Shown in pieces: positions 39,545 to 51,721 of a DNA stretch of 52,407 nt. Source of the stretch: Octopus bimaculoides. Taxonomy: Eukaryota. The notes beneath the pieces are model-generated. The model did not search any database. It had not been told where the DNA came from and saw only the letters and a program-made list of their open reading frames with translations. Position 1 is the stretch's first letter; each line of letters opens with the position of its first letter. The stretch lies in contig NC_068992.1 in NCBI RefSeq assembly GCF_001194135.2, positions 20,377,411 to 20,429,817 on the forward strand. The letters are read 5' to 3'. The position numbers and the translations under genes were made by a program.

Positions 39545-40020
39545 GCTTCAAATGCGGAAGAACGTCCCTGGAAACGACAAGCGATCTGGAAGATCAGCCA
39601 TGTGGAGAAAATCTATCAGTTCGTGTTTGAGGATCGTCGGAGGACATTTAACGATATTGCTGATGGTGTCGGTCTGTCGTATGGGTCTGTGAAGGCAATC
39701 CTGGCGTCTGAATTGAACATTCAGCGTGTCTCTGCCAAGTTTGTCCCCTGCCTGCTCACCACAGAAAAGAAAGAAATTCGCGTCGAACTCTATCATGAGC
39801 TCTGTCAATGTGCCACTGATGACCCACAATTCATGTCGAGGATCACCGGTGACAAATGTAGGGTCTTAAGGTTACGACCCTGAGACGAAGCAGCAGTCGT
39901 TACAATAGAAGAGGGCCAAACTTCAATCGGCAGTTCTGCTGCGATGATTTGAAGCGTTTGAAGGAGGAAACTCGGCGAGAGAGACCGGATCTGTGGAGCG
40001 CGGGCTTAGGTTGGCATACG
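39545..40020 (+). mobile_element. Degenerate, internally deleted mariner transposase fragment
   Basis: Translates with frameshifts to FKCGRTSLE-DKRSGR, EDRRRTFNDIADGVGLSYGSVKAIL, VSAKFVPCLLT (WVPxxL-type motif), RITGD, GYDPETKQQSLQ and DLKRLKEETRRERPDLW, all typical mariner DD34D-family motifs. Confidence 0.92.
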
Positions 40021-41597
40021 ACTGTGGTCTTTTGTACATTTAATGACAGGTTGAAATACGACACCACACATTCAAAATAGCTTGTATTGTTTCTTTATTT
40101 TGATATCATCTGGTGAATCAGCAACTATGTTATCGCGGAAACATATATAGCAATCTTAACCTAGTGTCACGAGCCAATATTATTTAACATTGCGTCTCGA
40201 TAGAAATCAAGGAAGGAAAGTGATTTATAAATTCCAAACACTATCTGCAAAATAGGGTCAAGGAGTGCCTGAGAAATCATTTATTCCCAGATACATCTTG
40301 ACCAAAACAACCTACCTGAATGGGTTTATATTGCAGCATTCATTCCACGCACGCACACCCACACACAAGAACACACACACGTCACAGATGACGCTTACTT
40401 ATATATGCAATTCTCCAATGTGCATAGTATCAGGTGAATGTCTCTTTCCGTTGTTTTTAGCCATCCATATCATCTTGAAATGGATGTTCTTTGGTAGATT
40501 ATGGTATCCAGAATAGGGCTGCGTTGGAATTCACGTGTAGCTTATTTTTATCACCTTCTCACTTCTGAGATATGGATGTACACAAATGAAAAATGCATTG
40601 TCAAGAATATTCAATATGCCAGTTAGCTACACGTTTATATATCATATAATGAGAATCGATAACTTACTGGAAGGAATATCTCAAGAATCCATTAATTACA
40701 TATATCTCTTTATGTTTGAGATAACTTTTGTTGCGAAAGGCTAATCAATATAGATGAGAAAATAGTATCATATCTGATTTGGGAAAGACAGCTTGTTTCA
40801 ATCAATGCAGATCCGGCATGCTTGGCACTGTAAATTTAGAAGTGACCTGCAGAGAGTTTGAATTAAAAGTTCATACGAAAATACCGAAAAGGCTATATTT
40901 TGCATCCACATTGTCCGTTTAATAATGTGGAGATTCTGTAATTATATAGCCAAGCCAATGGCAATACATTTACAGTTGGAAGTGAGGTAGACAGATGTCT
41001 TATATATAAAAGTGATATGTATGGCATTAGAGAAAGTAAAAGTGTATTAAATGTGAGGAAGGAATATATATAAGGAATTGTTGAAAGACCATGTGCATTT
41101 ATTAAGTGAAATTTATGATGGGAAAACACTATGAAAGGCTCACATAAAAGAATGTCAATTTGTTACTCTAAAGGCAATAGAAAGAGGCATTTGATTTAAA
41201 AGGAAGAGAGATTAGGATATATATATATATAGTAAAGGAAAGGGAGAATTTTGGAGAAGGGATGCGTTAGATGTAGTCCTAGAAGGCTAATGTAAACTGA
41301 AAGAAACAAATACGGAGAATATCAAGTGAATAATAGTAGAAAGGAATGAATGGACAAACAGGTTGAAATACATTATAATATACATGAAATAACTATTATT
41401 GGTAATGAATAAAATACTGCATACCTCTTTTATCAAAAGCGGTTGGATAAATATGTAAATGGACAAAAAGTAAAGCAAAAGATAGATTCCCTTTTGAACT
41501 GACGAAATAAATGTTATATTATTAATATTCTGTTTTATAGGTTGCATAGCCACGAGGAAACTAGAATTGAGGTGATTTAAGGAAGATGTAACTTGAT

Positions 41598-42230
41598 TCA
41601 AAGCACTTGTCGTGGAATGTTCCAAGGATTGCGATATTCTGAACTACATAAATATTGTTTTTGCTTCGGATACGGTTGGTGAATATTCCTCTCCCCTTTT
41701 TACATGAGGCCTAGTATTTCAATGATCACTGGCGTTATTACTGTCTTCATGTTCCACATTTTCTTACATGGTCAGCTTCACTTTGACATTAATGGAGGTA
41801 TTTCTTTCGGACGTTATTGAAATATCGATAAGTACCAGCAATCAATGCATGGTAAGGATATTAGTTTTCTTAGATGTACTACCTCATAGTTGCACCCTTT
41901 TTCTTCTTTTTCTTTGAATCTGTTGTCAACGGAACATGCTATAGAGATGGCACGTATGTTTTTTGCTCTTTTTTAACCACAACAATGTCAGGTTTGCCAT
42001 GTTTGATCTGATGGTCAAAGTGAATCATTGCATCCAACAGGATTTTATAATCTACATTCTTAGTAACCCCGTCTGAGATTTGGGCATAACATATCTTTAA
42101 TCTTTATCGGCCATAATTTCACAAAGTTTCGAAAGGAAGACTTGTCATGTCTTTTGTATTAGCGTTGTGCCTTTTTCGGTCATTCACTGACAATATTCCA
42201 AACTGATTCACCACTCTCACCATGCATTCT
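41598..42230 (-). mobile_element. Remnants of RLE-endonuclease non-LTR retrotransposon(s) (R4/Dong/NeSL-type C-terminus)
   Basis: Minus-strand peptides GESGESVWNIVSE*PK (CCHC remnant), DGVTKNVDYKILLDAMIHFDHQIKHGKPDIVVVKK, ISIACSVDNRFKEK, then LIDISITSERNTS, RKMWNMKTVITPVIIEILGL and VQNIAILGTFH: a PD-(D/E)xK restriction-like endonuclease signature with stops and frameshifts. Confidence 0.8.
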
Positions 42231-42384
42231 GCATTTACCGCTCTCAGTTGTGTTGTCACTTCCGCACTTTGTATATTTCCATACCGAAGTGATACTACAA
42301 AACATGTATTAACAGTTTGGATCTTTCATCCAGATAATTATGAGCACAACACTAATCTTAGTTTTCGGAAATATTCTACTACAA

Positions 42385-42398
42385 AAACAACAACAACA

Positions 42399-42466
<68 letters not shown>

Positions 42467-42722
42467 AACATCGAATTCAATTATACCGCGTGTAAATTGT
42501 ATTCAATATGATCAAATGTACACAAGTTGACATTATGTCAACAGTTGCTATGAATAACAAAACGCTATCTGTAGACCCTTGTTCGATGAGTATCTTATTC
42601 CTCTCCACGGGCGCTTTTAAGCGCTGCACGCAGCTTTTCCTAGTGCGTTTTCTCCATTATTCGAAATATACATTAGTAAATACAAAAATATTATATCATC
42701 GTCGTTGTCGTCGCCGTCACCG

Positions 42723-42783
<61 letters not shown>

Positions 42784-42805
42784 TATTGTCGTCGTCGTCG
42801 TCATC
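42385..42805. repeat. (ACT)n at about 42385-42470 and (CAT)n at about 42700-42805
   Basis: Directly visible. Confidence 0.95.
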
Positions 42806-42829
42806 AACACTGTTATTTACGATCCGTGA

Positions 42830-43110
42830 TGGCAATTGTATGAGTTGTCCGATATTGCTGAAAGTGTTTTATGTCGGCTTAAAATACTGTTTATGAATTT
42901 ACAAATCGTAGCCTATGTTTATCAGGGTCTTCTAGATGGTGCCAATTGCAACAGCTACTTGTACCGTTTATACTTTTACAAACTACTCCTTCCCCATTTC
43001 GTTTCCAGTCTTCGTTATGCTCCGATAGTTTTTCCACTTCCTTTTGGTCAATATTTTACCAGAACAGAGATAATGGGTTATTCTTTCTGTTATATTAATA
43101 TCAGAACAGC
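42830..43110 (-). mobile_element. Highly degenerate RLE-LINE endonuclease remnant
   Basis: Fragments ISCSDINITER, KEVEKLS and TVQVAVAIGTI*KTL follow RLE motif order. Confidence 0.45.
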
Positions 43111-43464
43111 TGATTTATATATCTCTGCCATTTTCGACAAGTTCCTCGATTAACTGTTACACGTCATCACTTACAACATGTCTCCAATTAAGATTTCCGC
43201 TAAAAATTATATACAGATTATTACTATAATATTAGATATACAGCATCTTCCTCGAGACTTTGAAATCCATGTTCAGCATGGACATAAAAAAATATCAGCA
43301 ACTAAACATCATTTTAACTGTGTTACCATCGACACAACTCTACTACAACGTTATGTTATGAAATACCGCTCTAATATTATAATGTTGTTCCTTAAAGAAC
43401 CGCACAATTTAACGAATAATAATATAAAACCAACATCAACAAATCTTAATCTTTCGATCAAGAT

Positions 43465-43635
43465 ATTGGTTCCAAATGTTGGCACAAGTCCAGCAATTTC
43501 AGGTGATGGGGTGAAGTCGAATATATCAGCTAAGGTGTTCACCCGGTACTTAATTTATCAACCTCAGTGGAATTTGAATACAGAATGTAAAGACGGATGA
43601 AATGATGCTATACATTTTGTCTGGAGAGCTAATGA
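43465..43635 (-). mobile_element. Family B SINE, internally deleted
   Basis: ttggcacaagtccagcaatttc...ggtacttaatttatc...gaatttgaa...gtaaagacggatgaaat. Confidence 0.75.
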
Positions 43636-43677
43636 TTCTGCTAGGACGCTGCCTTCAATTTGTGTATACTATAAAAC

Positions 43678-44139
43678 TTGTTTCAGTCATTTGACTGCGG
43701 CTATGCTGGAGCACCGCCTTTAGTGGAATAAAATTGACACCAGGACTTATTCTTTATAAGCCTAGTACTTATTCTATCGGTTTCATTTTGCCGAACTGCT
43801 AAGTTACGGGGACGTAAACACACCAGCATCGATTGTCAAGCGATGGTGGGGAGACAAACATATATATATATATATATATATATATANNNNNNNNNNNNNN
43901 NNNNNNNNNNNNNNNNNNNNNNNNNNNNNNNNNNNNNNNNNNNNNNNNNNNNNNNNNNNNNNNNNNNNNATATATACAAATATACGATGGGCTTCTTTCA
44001 GTTTCCCTCTACCAAGTCCACTCACAAGGCTTTGGTCGGCCCGAGGCTATAGAAGAAGACAGTTGCCCAAGGTGCCACGCAGTGGGACTGAACCCGGAAC
44101 CATGTGGTTCATAAGCAAGCTACTTACCACACAGCCACT
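43678..44139 (-). mobile_element. Near full-length SINE family A (tRNA-like head, central microsatellite, ...gcagtcaaatgactgaaacaag tail)
   Basis: Head agtggctgtgtggtaag...ccgggttcagtccc (A/B-box-like); homologous to the other family A copies here; N gap falls in the internal (TA)n tract. Confidence 0.9.
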
Positions 44140-45884
44140 AAACAATTATTTTTAATGCGTGTTTATAATGGGAAATCATTTTGTCGGTTATGTAAGTATT
44201 TTCGACGTTCTCCTGTCCATTGATAAATTGCAGATCCATATTCTGAATCAAACCTTAGAAGAATTGTTTTAGAAATTATTCAAAAATGAATTGAACAGAC
44301 AAATAAAAGGATTTGAACATGCTGCGAACATATGATGATTTTATGTTTGAATACAGCGAGATAAAATAAAACAACCTCTGGGTGTTCGTCTTAAATTGAT
44401 GCTAGTATTGTCTAAATTTTATATGTATCAGTTTCTGTTTTAACGACTAATTTTCTGATTCTATGATTTCATTAAATTCCAATCTTGATCATTTATAAAT
44501 TGTTAAGCTCCATTTGATATTTTCCATTCCTATGTGTCAATGTATAGCAATTTCGTTGATAGCCTTGATTTAACTGAACAATTTTCAAGACTAAGTTGTA
44601 TATTTCCCTTTGAATATATCCAGCTGTTCTGTCTAGGCAATTAAATGGTTTGAATACATATGTGCTTTTCATTTCACAGACAATAACATTAGTATTACAG
44701 ACACTAGGTTTGCAAGAGACGACAGCCCATCCTGTCATGTATACATTCATACATACATGCATATATACATACATACTTATGCATACACATTTACATACAC
44801 ATAATGTGTGTGTGTGTGTGTGCGTGTGTGTGTGTGTTTGTGTGTGTGTGTGTACAGATTTATTCACTGAATATATTACAATGAGGAATACGTTAAGGTC
44901 TTATAACGTGAAACATATCCCTGACACAAAGAAATATATAATAATATGATTGCATACGTTATAGTTTGTCATTCACGTATAGAATAATTCAGCCCTGACA
45001 TATTCTGAGACTAGAGTACAATTAGTTACAAAAATAGCAGAAAAGCCCAGTTTGTCCCTGGTGTCCTTAATATGTATACAAGACAAACAATAGCATTGGC
45101 TTTACGTTACATTTCATTGCCATTCATTTATATCTTCATTATCGTTTAAATAATCTAGCACAGAATATAGGTTCTATAATCGATCTTTTGATATCTATTC
45201 TTTAGCGCTTCAGATATTCTCTAATGAGTTAATATTTCATATAAATATTATTTCCAATAAACCCGGACTTCTTTGTATGAAGATCAGAATGCAAGGAATT
45301 CATTTAAAAAGTATAGGTTATTCTGAGGGTTCCTAATATATCGGACAAAGTACACCACTCTCATAAATAATGTGATACTATTAAGGTAGGATTTGTGTTC
45401 ATTATTGAACGATAATAAACTAGGCAGAACATTCTTGCAGTTTTCTTTCAAACCGATCACATTTTAGGCAAGCTATCTGGCCGTATTTTACTTCAGAAAT
45501 TTTAATAATCGTAAATTTAATAAAAAGAAAATGTAAAATCATATACATTTTCAGTTTATACATTCATGTGTACCACTTCAGCTACATACCATTACACATC
45601 TTTGTGATGTTGTTCAGTTCACAATCATTTATGAGTCCTCTTAGTGCCGAACGCTAGCTTTAGTTAAAAATGCAGGCACTTTACCATTGGAAAATTGCAA
45701 AGATTAAATATATTTTTGAGCTTTCATTATCGGAGAAAATATATATGATAATGAGGAGGGTTTAAATAATCATTTCGAATCTTTCCTAAAGTTATGGGCT
45801 GATGTAATGTGTTCTTGTTTTCCATAAGGCGGAACCGTTACCATTTTCCATTTCCAACTGGATTTATGAAATTTATCAACTAAT

Positions 45885-46060
45885 ATAGGCGTAGGCGTGG
45901 CTGTGTGGTAAGGAGCTTCCCTTCCAACCACATGCTTCCGGGTTGATTTTCACTGTGTGACATCTTGGGCAAGTTTATTCTACTATAGCGTGGGGGTGAC
46001 CAAAGCCTTGAGAATGGTTTTGGAAGACGGAAACTGCCTGCTCGTGTGCATATATAGCAT
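45885..46060 (+). mobile_element. SINE family A 5' half
   Basis: ggcgtggctgtgtggtaag...cttgggcaagt...gacggaaactg, running into (TA)n and a gap. Confidence 0.85.
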
Positions 46061-46294
46061 ATATATATATATATATATATATANNNNNNNNNNNNNNNNN
46101 NNNNNNNNNNNNNNNNNNNNNNNNNNNNNNNNNNNNNNNNNNNNNNNNNNNNNNNNNNNNNNNNNNNNNNNNNNNNNNNNNNNNNNNNNNNNNNNNNNNN
46201 NNNNNNNNNNNNNNNNNNNNNNNNNNNNNNNNNNNNNNNNNNNNNNNNNNNNNNNNNNNNNNNNNNNNNNNNNNNNNNNNNNTATATATATATG

Positions 46295-46328
<34 letters not shown>

Positions 46329-46410
46329 TAGGTATGGTGACGCAAACAGCAGAAATAGAACTCAAAATATGAAGCTATATATGTGTTTATTAATATTTAA
46401 CTGACCAAAG

Positions 46411-46463
46411 AGACCCATGGGCCGAGAGTGACGTGCCTTGGTACTTGATGAGTGATAACGCGG
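46411..46463 (+). CDS. Candidate internal coding exon (xDPWAESDVPWYLMSDNA)
   Basis: Strong donor CGG|GTAAGT at 46464; acceptor ctgaccaaag| is modest; open frame, GC-richer than flanks; ends in phase 1. Confidence 0.3.
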
Positions 46464-47517
46464 GTAAGTCTCGATCCTAGTGTCATTCTGCTGCTTCTGA
46501 TGTATATATATATATATAAACATGTGTCAATTTAATACACAACCGAAAGAGCTACTAATAGTTTCATGCTGTAATGATACTTGAATAGGCATATTTCTGA
46601 AATACGACATCTATATATATATATATACATAAGCATGCATGTATGTATATAAATTACTATAAATATATATATATACATTTATGCATATATGTATCTATAT
46701 ATAATGCATATATACATGTGTTATATATATACATACATATACTCATGCATACATACATACATACCTACGTACGTATGCATATATATAGTACGTACATACA
46801 TACACACATATATGTATACTTACATAAATTCATGCGTACATACATGCAGCTGTATTCTCTTTAGAATATTATTTAAGACATAAATATTCACATACCAGAT
46901 CCTTGTCAAGTCGGAGCCACCTGCTGCTATTCAATTAGTTTGTATATATTTGCAGAGAAAATTCTACCTTCAATATTGCTCATAAAAGTGCTTCTTGTTT
47001 CTTTAAGCATTTAATCATGTGGAACGTTTCTTTCTCTTACTAATTTGCCTACATTGCCATTGGTTCCCTTCTCTTATACACACACACACACATACACACC
47101 AATACGTATACATAAATACATACATAAATTCAAATATACTAATTTTGAACCAGGATGCTATCCAGCGCCCTCAATATGTGACGATCGAATTTTTTCCTGT
47201 TTGGATTTATATTGCGTACAACTGCGTAATTTCATGTTTATATGTGTCTGTGTACGTGCGTGTGTGCGTGTGTGTGTATGTGTGTGTGTGTGTGTGCGTA
47301 ATCATTATTAAAACTATAATAAAATGAAAGAATGTGTCCCTTGTCCTACAACAGAATGATTATAAGGAGGATGTTATTATAAATAATACTTTCATTATCA
47401 TGACTATTATCCTCAATATCATCGTTATGGCTTTTACATCGCCATTATTATCATTAATTCTTACTAATATTGAGGTTTTACCACAATGGCGGCGTTGTTG
47501 TTGTTGTTGTTGTTATT

Positions 47518-47548
<31 letters not shown>

Positions 47549-48155
47549 TTTATACATGCTATTGTTGAGGTTATTTCCTCATAGAGCTGTTATTATTAAA
47601 ACTAACTGTTTGATAATATCAATATTGTTATGGCTATAATATAAAGAAAGAATCTACGCCTGTGGCTGCAGAGGTAATTGTAAGTGATATGTAAAAAAAA
47701 AAGAAAAATAATAATAAATAAATAAATGAAAAAGACTATAGCCATTTATATTCTTTAATAAAATTATTTCTCTTATTGTATTTACTTCCATGATAATATG
47801 CGCATTAATGGAAGACGTAAAAAAAAGAAAGAAGTACACAGTTGCTAGTGGGAGAATTGTTTTGAAATCTATTCATCATTAAAGCGGTATTATTTCGAGA
47901 CATATATTGAAGCATTTCAAATATTGTTAGAAATCCCCGTTTACAGCAAAAACAAAATGAGATTTATATTATTTTTTTTTTTATGGTAAATCATATGATA
48001 ATGAATATTGATATTAGTTAACGAAATGAATAATTTAAATAATTNNNNNNNNNNNNNNNNNNNNNNNNNNNNNNNNNNNNNNNNNNNNNNNNNNNNNNNN
48101 NNNNNNNNNNNNNNNNNNNNNNNNNNNNNNNNNNNNNNNNNNNNNNNNNNNNNNN

Positions 48156-48199
<44 letters not shown>

Positions 48200-48589
48200 C
48201 GTGTGTGTGTGTATGCGTGTGTGTATGCGTGTGTGTGTGTGTGTGAATGTGTGTATGTATGTATGCATGTATGTATTTGAGTGTGGGTGTGTGGGTGTGT
48301 GTGTATAAATTAGATATTAGAACTAAGCTTAAAGAGCACAAGGCATCAACTTGTTTAGAAATAGGAGTCAAAATCCCAAATCCACCACCGAAATCACCGA
48401 AATATGGCAGAGACAACAGTAGGCGAGCAAGCGGTTTAAGAATTAAACGATTAATAACATACCATTAAAGATTAGGTCATGAAATTTAAAGTTGCAGTTG
48501 AGAATAATTTAGTTGACTTAGAAGACTTCCCACTACCTGAATATTTGAAAAGATTTGTCCGTATCATCATGGTTCACGCCGAGTAACAA

Positions 48590-48715
48590 TGTCATGACTT
48601 CGTGACGGCTGGCAATGCTCTGTGGACGCTATAAATACCGTGATACGTGACGTGGACGGCTGCAACGAAGACTAGGTTGCCGTTCCCGGCAGGACGTGGC
48701 ACAATAGTCATTTCG
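48590..48715 (+). promoter_or_regulatory. Candidate core promoter: TATA box plus ACGT-core (CRE/UPRE/HRE-like) motifs
   Basis: TATAAATA 48630-48637; TACGTG 48644-48649; TGACGTGG 48648-48655; GACGTGGC 48693-48700; Inr-like TCATTT 48708-48713. CpG-rich and directly upstream of the ORF. Confidence 0.4.
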
Positions 48716-48847
48716 ACAGCGTCTTCACACCGATAAGTGTCGATCAACCAAAGAACAGTGCCCTAGGAAGAATTCAGACGAACATATGTAGCTGCTGGAG
48801 CCTATTGTGAATCACTGGCTGGCGGAGCCTTTTTGTTGGAAAGCAAT

Positions 48848-49111
48848 ATGCACCGCAGCAGAATTCGCGTCCTTGCCACAGAAGTGGTCTACGATTCCAC
48901 CAGCCCAGAATTCTGTCCTCCTAACTCACCCGATTGCATGGATAACAACATGTGCCGCACAGTTCATAAAAACAACAACCCCAAAGCAAAGTTGGTGGCG
49001 AACACCAAGGAGTTGTTGGATGACCTCCCCAGAGAAAGTGAAGATAAATGCAGCATGTTCGTGAGTTGTCTTGAGGCTCTGGTGGAAGCTGAGTTCTGCT
49101 TCTCTGAGTAA
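48848..49111 (+). CDS. Candidate small protein (87 aa, MHRSRIRVLATEVVYD...CLEALVEAEFCFSE), or first coding exon of a larger gene if the GTGAGT donor at 49061 is used; family not recognised
   Basis: ATG 48848 (aatATGc) to TAA 49111. The stretch is clearly GC-richer than its flanks and composition drops to AT-rich just after the stop. The frame is also open 27 codons upstream, to TAG 48764-48766. Six Cys; SP motifs. Confidence 0.5.
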   Translation: MHRSRIRVLATEVVYDSTSPEFCPPNSPDCMDNNMCRTVHKNNNPKAKLVANTKELLDDLPRESEDKCSMFVSCLEALVEAEFCFSE

Positions 49112-51721
49112 AGTGTTATCCTCCAGCACAAATATTGTTGATATTTTTTTAAAATACGTATATTTTTGGACAGTATACTGTGTTTCGTTTTCCTTTGCTT
49201 TACGCAAGCTGTCAAAATTCGCCCGAACAACTTGTATTACAAAAATATAATTGCTCAATATGTTTGTATCCGTATTATCGATAACGTTCTGAGTTTTAGA
49301 ATCTAATTCATATACCAAATTTCTCAGTTCTACTGAAGTACAATATTCTCTTCTGTCTCGACATTTCAGAAATAATTACATGTACAAAAGAGTTTCATGT
49401 ACAAACGTCATCGTATGTGTATAAGAGATATGTATATATTTTATTAATAAGCTTGAAGTGATATTTATGTCTACTGAGTTTTGAGTTTTTCTTCTCATTG
49501 AATAGCATCTGCTCTGTTGCATTGTGATCTGAATTTAATACATACTACTGCTACTATATGTAAATGTAATTTGCTACTACTTCTAATTTGACGAATGAAA
49601 ACAGAGGAAGCTCCGCTTGTGATTGTGATTGTGATTGTTTTTGTACGTATGCACAAATGCATATACATGAATGTATTAAGTCAAAATTCTAAAGTTCAAG
49701 GTGCCAGTTATTTAAAGTGTCGGAGAATATCAGTGAAAACTCTTAATGTATAAACAAAAATATTCATAAAAATCGAAATATGATTGTTGAATGAGATTTA
49801 ATTTGTTGACCCTCGAATCCCCTGCCCCCACGAAAAAGCCGTATCCATGTATTGAAATTTCAACGCAAAACACTGAGCAATTTTATTTATTGGCATCTAA
49901 AAACGTGATATTTTCAATTATTCTGCCTGGTATATATATAATTTTAAATAGTAATGATGTTTATGATTGTTTGTTATATTGACGAACAAGTATGCGTTTC
50001 CTTTTAAATGTATTTAATTGTATTATGAGGCAAATTCAAAAATTTATTCATCTTTAGAAATAGCCCCCACATATCAATGGAAATATCTAGAGTAGTTTAT
50101 TGAATGTAAAAGCTTAGATGTAAAGTGTAAAGGGTTGTAGTAGGATGTTATATTTTTCCATAAAATAAAACACCTTCTTCGGTTATGTATGTTTGGGGAA
50201 ATTTTCCAATAACAGAGTATTGGACTTTCTTTTAAAATACATATAGCTCTCATTTAAACACTAGATGTATTTCGATATGCTTTTGAGGTGTCACTCTAAT
50301 TATCTGAATGCAGATACATGTTTCCAATGGTTAAACAGAATGTTAGTGTCACTGATGTTACTGCGAGCTGGCAGAACTGTTAACCACGTCACGCAAAATT
50401 CTTAGCGGCATTCCTTCCAGGTGCCATAATTTCATACCGACACTTAGAGACTATCTTCTCCCTGGTATATTACTTTACACAAATACATGACCTTGATAAT
50501 TAAATATAAAACTTATAACACTTTCAGAATTGAGATGAGATATGCATGCCCGTTTGTGAAACAAAGACTTATATTGGTTATTGAAACAGCAACAATTCTA
50601 ATTTTATTATAAAACATAATGAGAATGTTTACGAGTAGAATTTTATGCGTGTTATGAAAATGCTGGCATCATCAAAACGTTGTACATAAGGTAATCAGTT
50701 TCGCTATGTAGAAGAAATATATACGAAACTGATTTACGAATATGACATAGACACAAGCTATAAGAAAATCAGCTGTTCAAATTAGTATAACAATAATTTA
50801 CAAGAAAAATATATAGCCTCAAAACAATTTTATAGTTGAAACTAATATGTACTGCATGGTGCATATGAAAAAATATGTTTCGTTAACCCGTAATATTGAT
50901 AAACTAATCTAGCAAACTAATATTATTGGGGCCAGTTAAAATTATTTATTTTTCCAATAGAAACTAAAATACTTATTATTACAACACGCTCTCTTCAGTT
51001 GATCAATGAGAGATATTATAATAATCTTTGTAAATATACGCAGTGAGATATATTAAAGTTATATGACTCTATTCGGACTGAACGGAAAAATATGATAAAC
51101 AAAAAACAGAACTAGAATTCGTAATAGATTTTATTCTGACATTAATGTTGATATCATATTGTTTACATTTCCTTTTATTAAACGTAATGGATAATTATTT
51201 TTTCATGTGACAATGTACTTCAGAATTGAGATAAGATTCGAAATTGTAAACTTAACACATCAGATATTCTGCTATGCACATATTGGACTTTATCTAGATA
51301 AGCTATTATTCACTTTGAAAGATATGAATGCACTTACAATGGACGGAATTACGTAGGATTTCATCAGCTTTACAAATATGCTGATTTATTGAAAATAGAA
51401 GATAGGTTCCCAAATGTTGATAATTTCTAAACCCTAGGTTGTCATAAATTTACCTGCTAATAAGATAAAGTAAGTGACGAATTTCAGTATATATTTGTCA
51501 ATTCTAAACATTCACCAATAAGACTTAATTAATAATATTAAGCAAATAAGGATCTTATCCTTTAATGTTGTATACTTTGCCTGTATTGTTCATTGTTGCA
51601 ATGGTATATTACAATGACACCTTTAAAAATATGATATGCCTTATAGAGAGCGGCAATAATTCATCTAAAACGCAACAAATATACAAGAACAGAAACTTAT
51701 TTATTATTTAAATCTTTGCAG

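Noticed and set aside
39500-39883. 127-aa ORF as a functional or domesticated transposase
   Set aside because: Frameshifts, a stop and large deletions remove most of the DDD catalytic domain; it is a dead mariner fragment.
1009-48416. Long ORFs in the track with X runs or YIYI/HTHT/CVCV/LSLS, poly-T, poly-S or poly-H repeats
   Set aside because: They are translations of N gaps and microsatellites, not proteins.
48300-48468. IRTKLKEHK as a GIY-YIG/Penelope remnant
   Set aside because: Single short motif with no supporting residues.
49085-49111. Antizyme-type +1 frameshift at the end of the small ORF
   Set aside because: No in-frame TCC-TGA site and no antizyme-like downstream frame.
48926-49318. 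130-aa minus-strand ORF
   Set aside because: Probably the antisense shadow of the plus-strand ORF plus AT-rich sequence; its donor-like GTGAGT could be chance. Not fully excluded.
50522-51245. ttcagaattgagat.agat repeated about 700 bp apart
   Set aside because: Too short and AT-rich to separate from chance or a decayed repeat.
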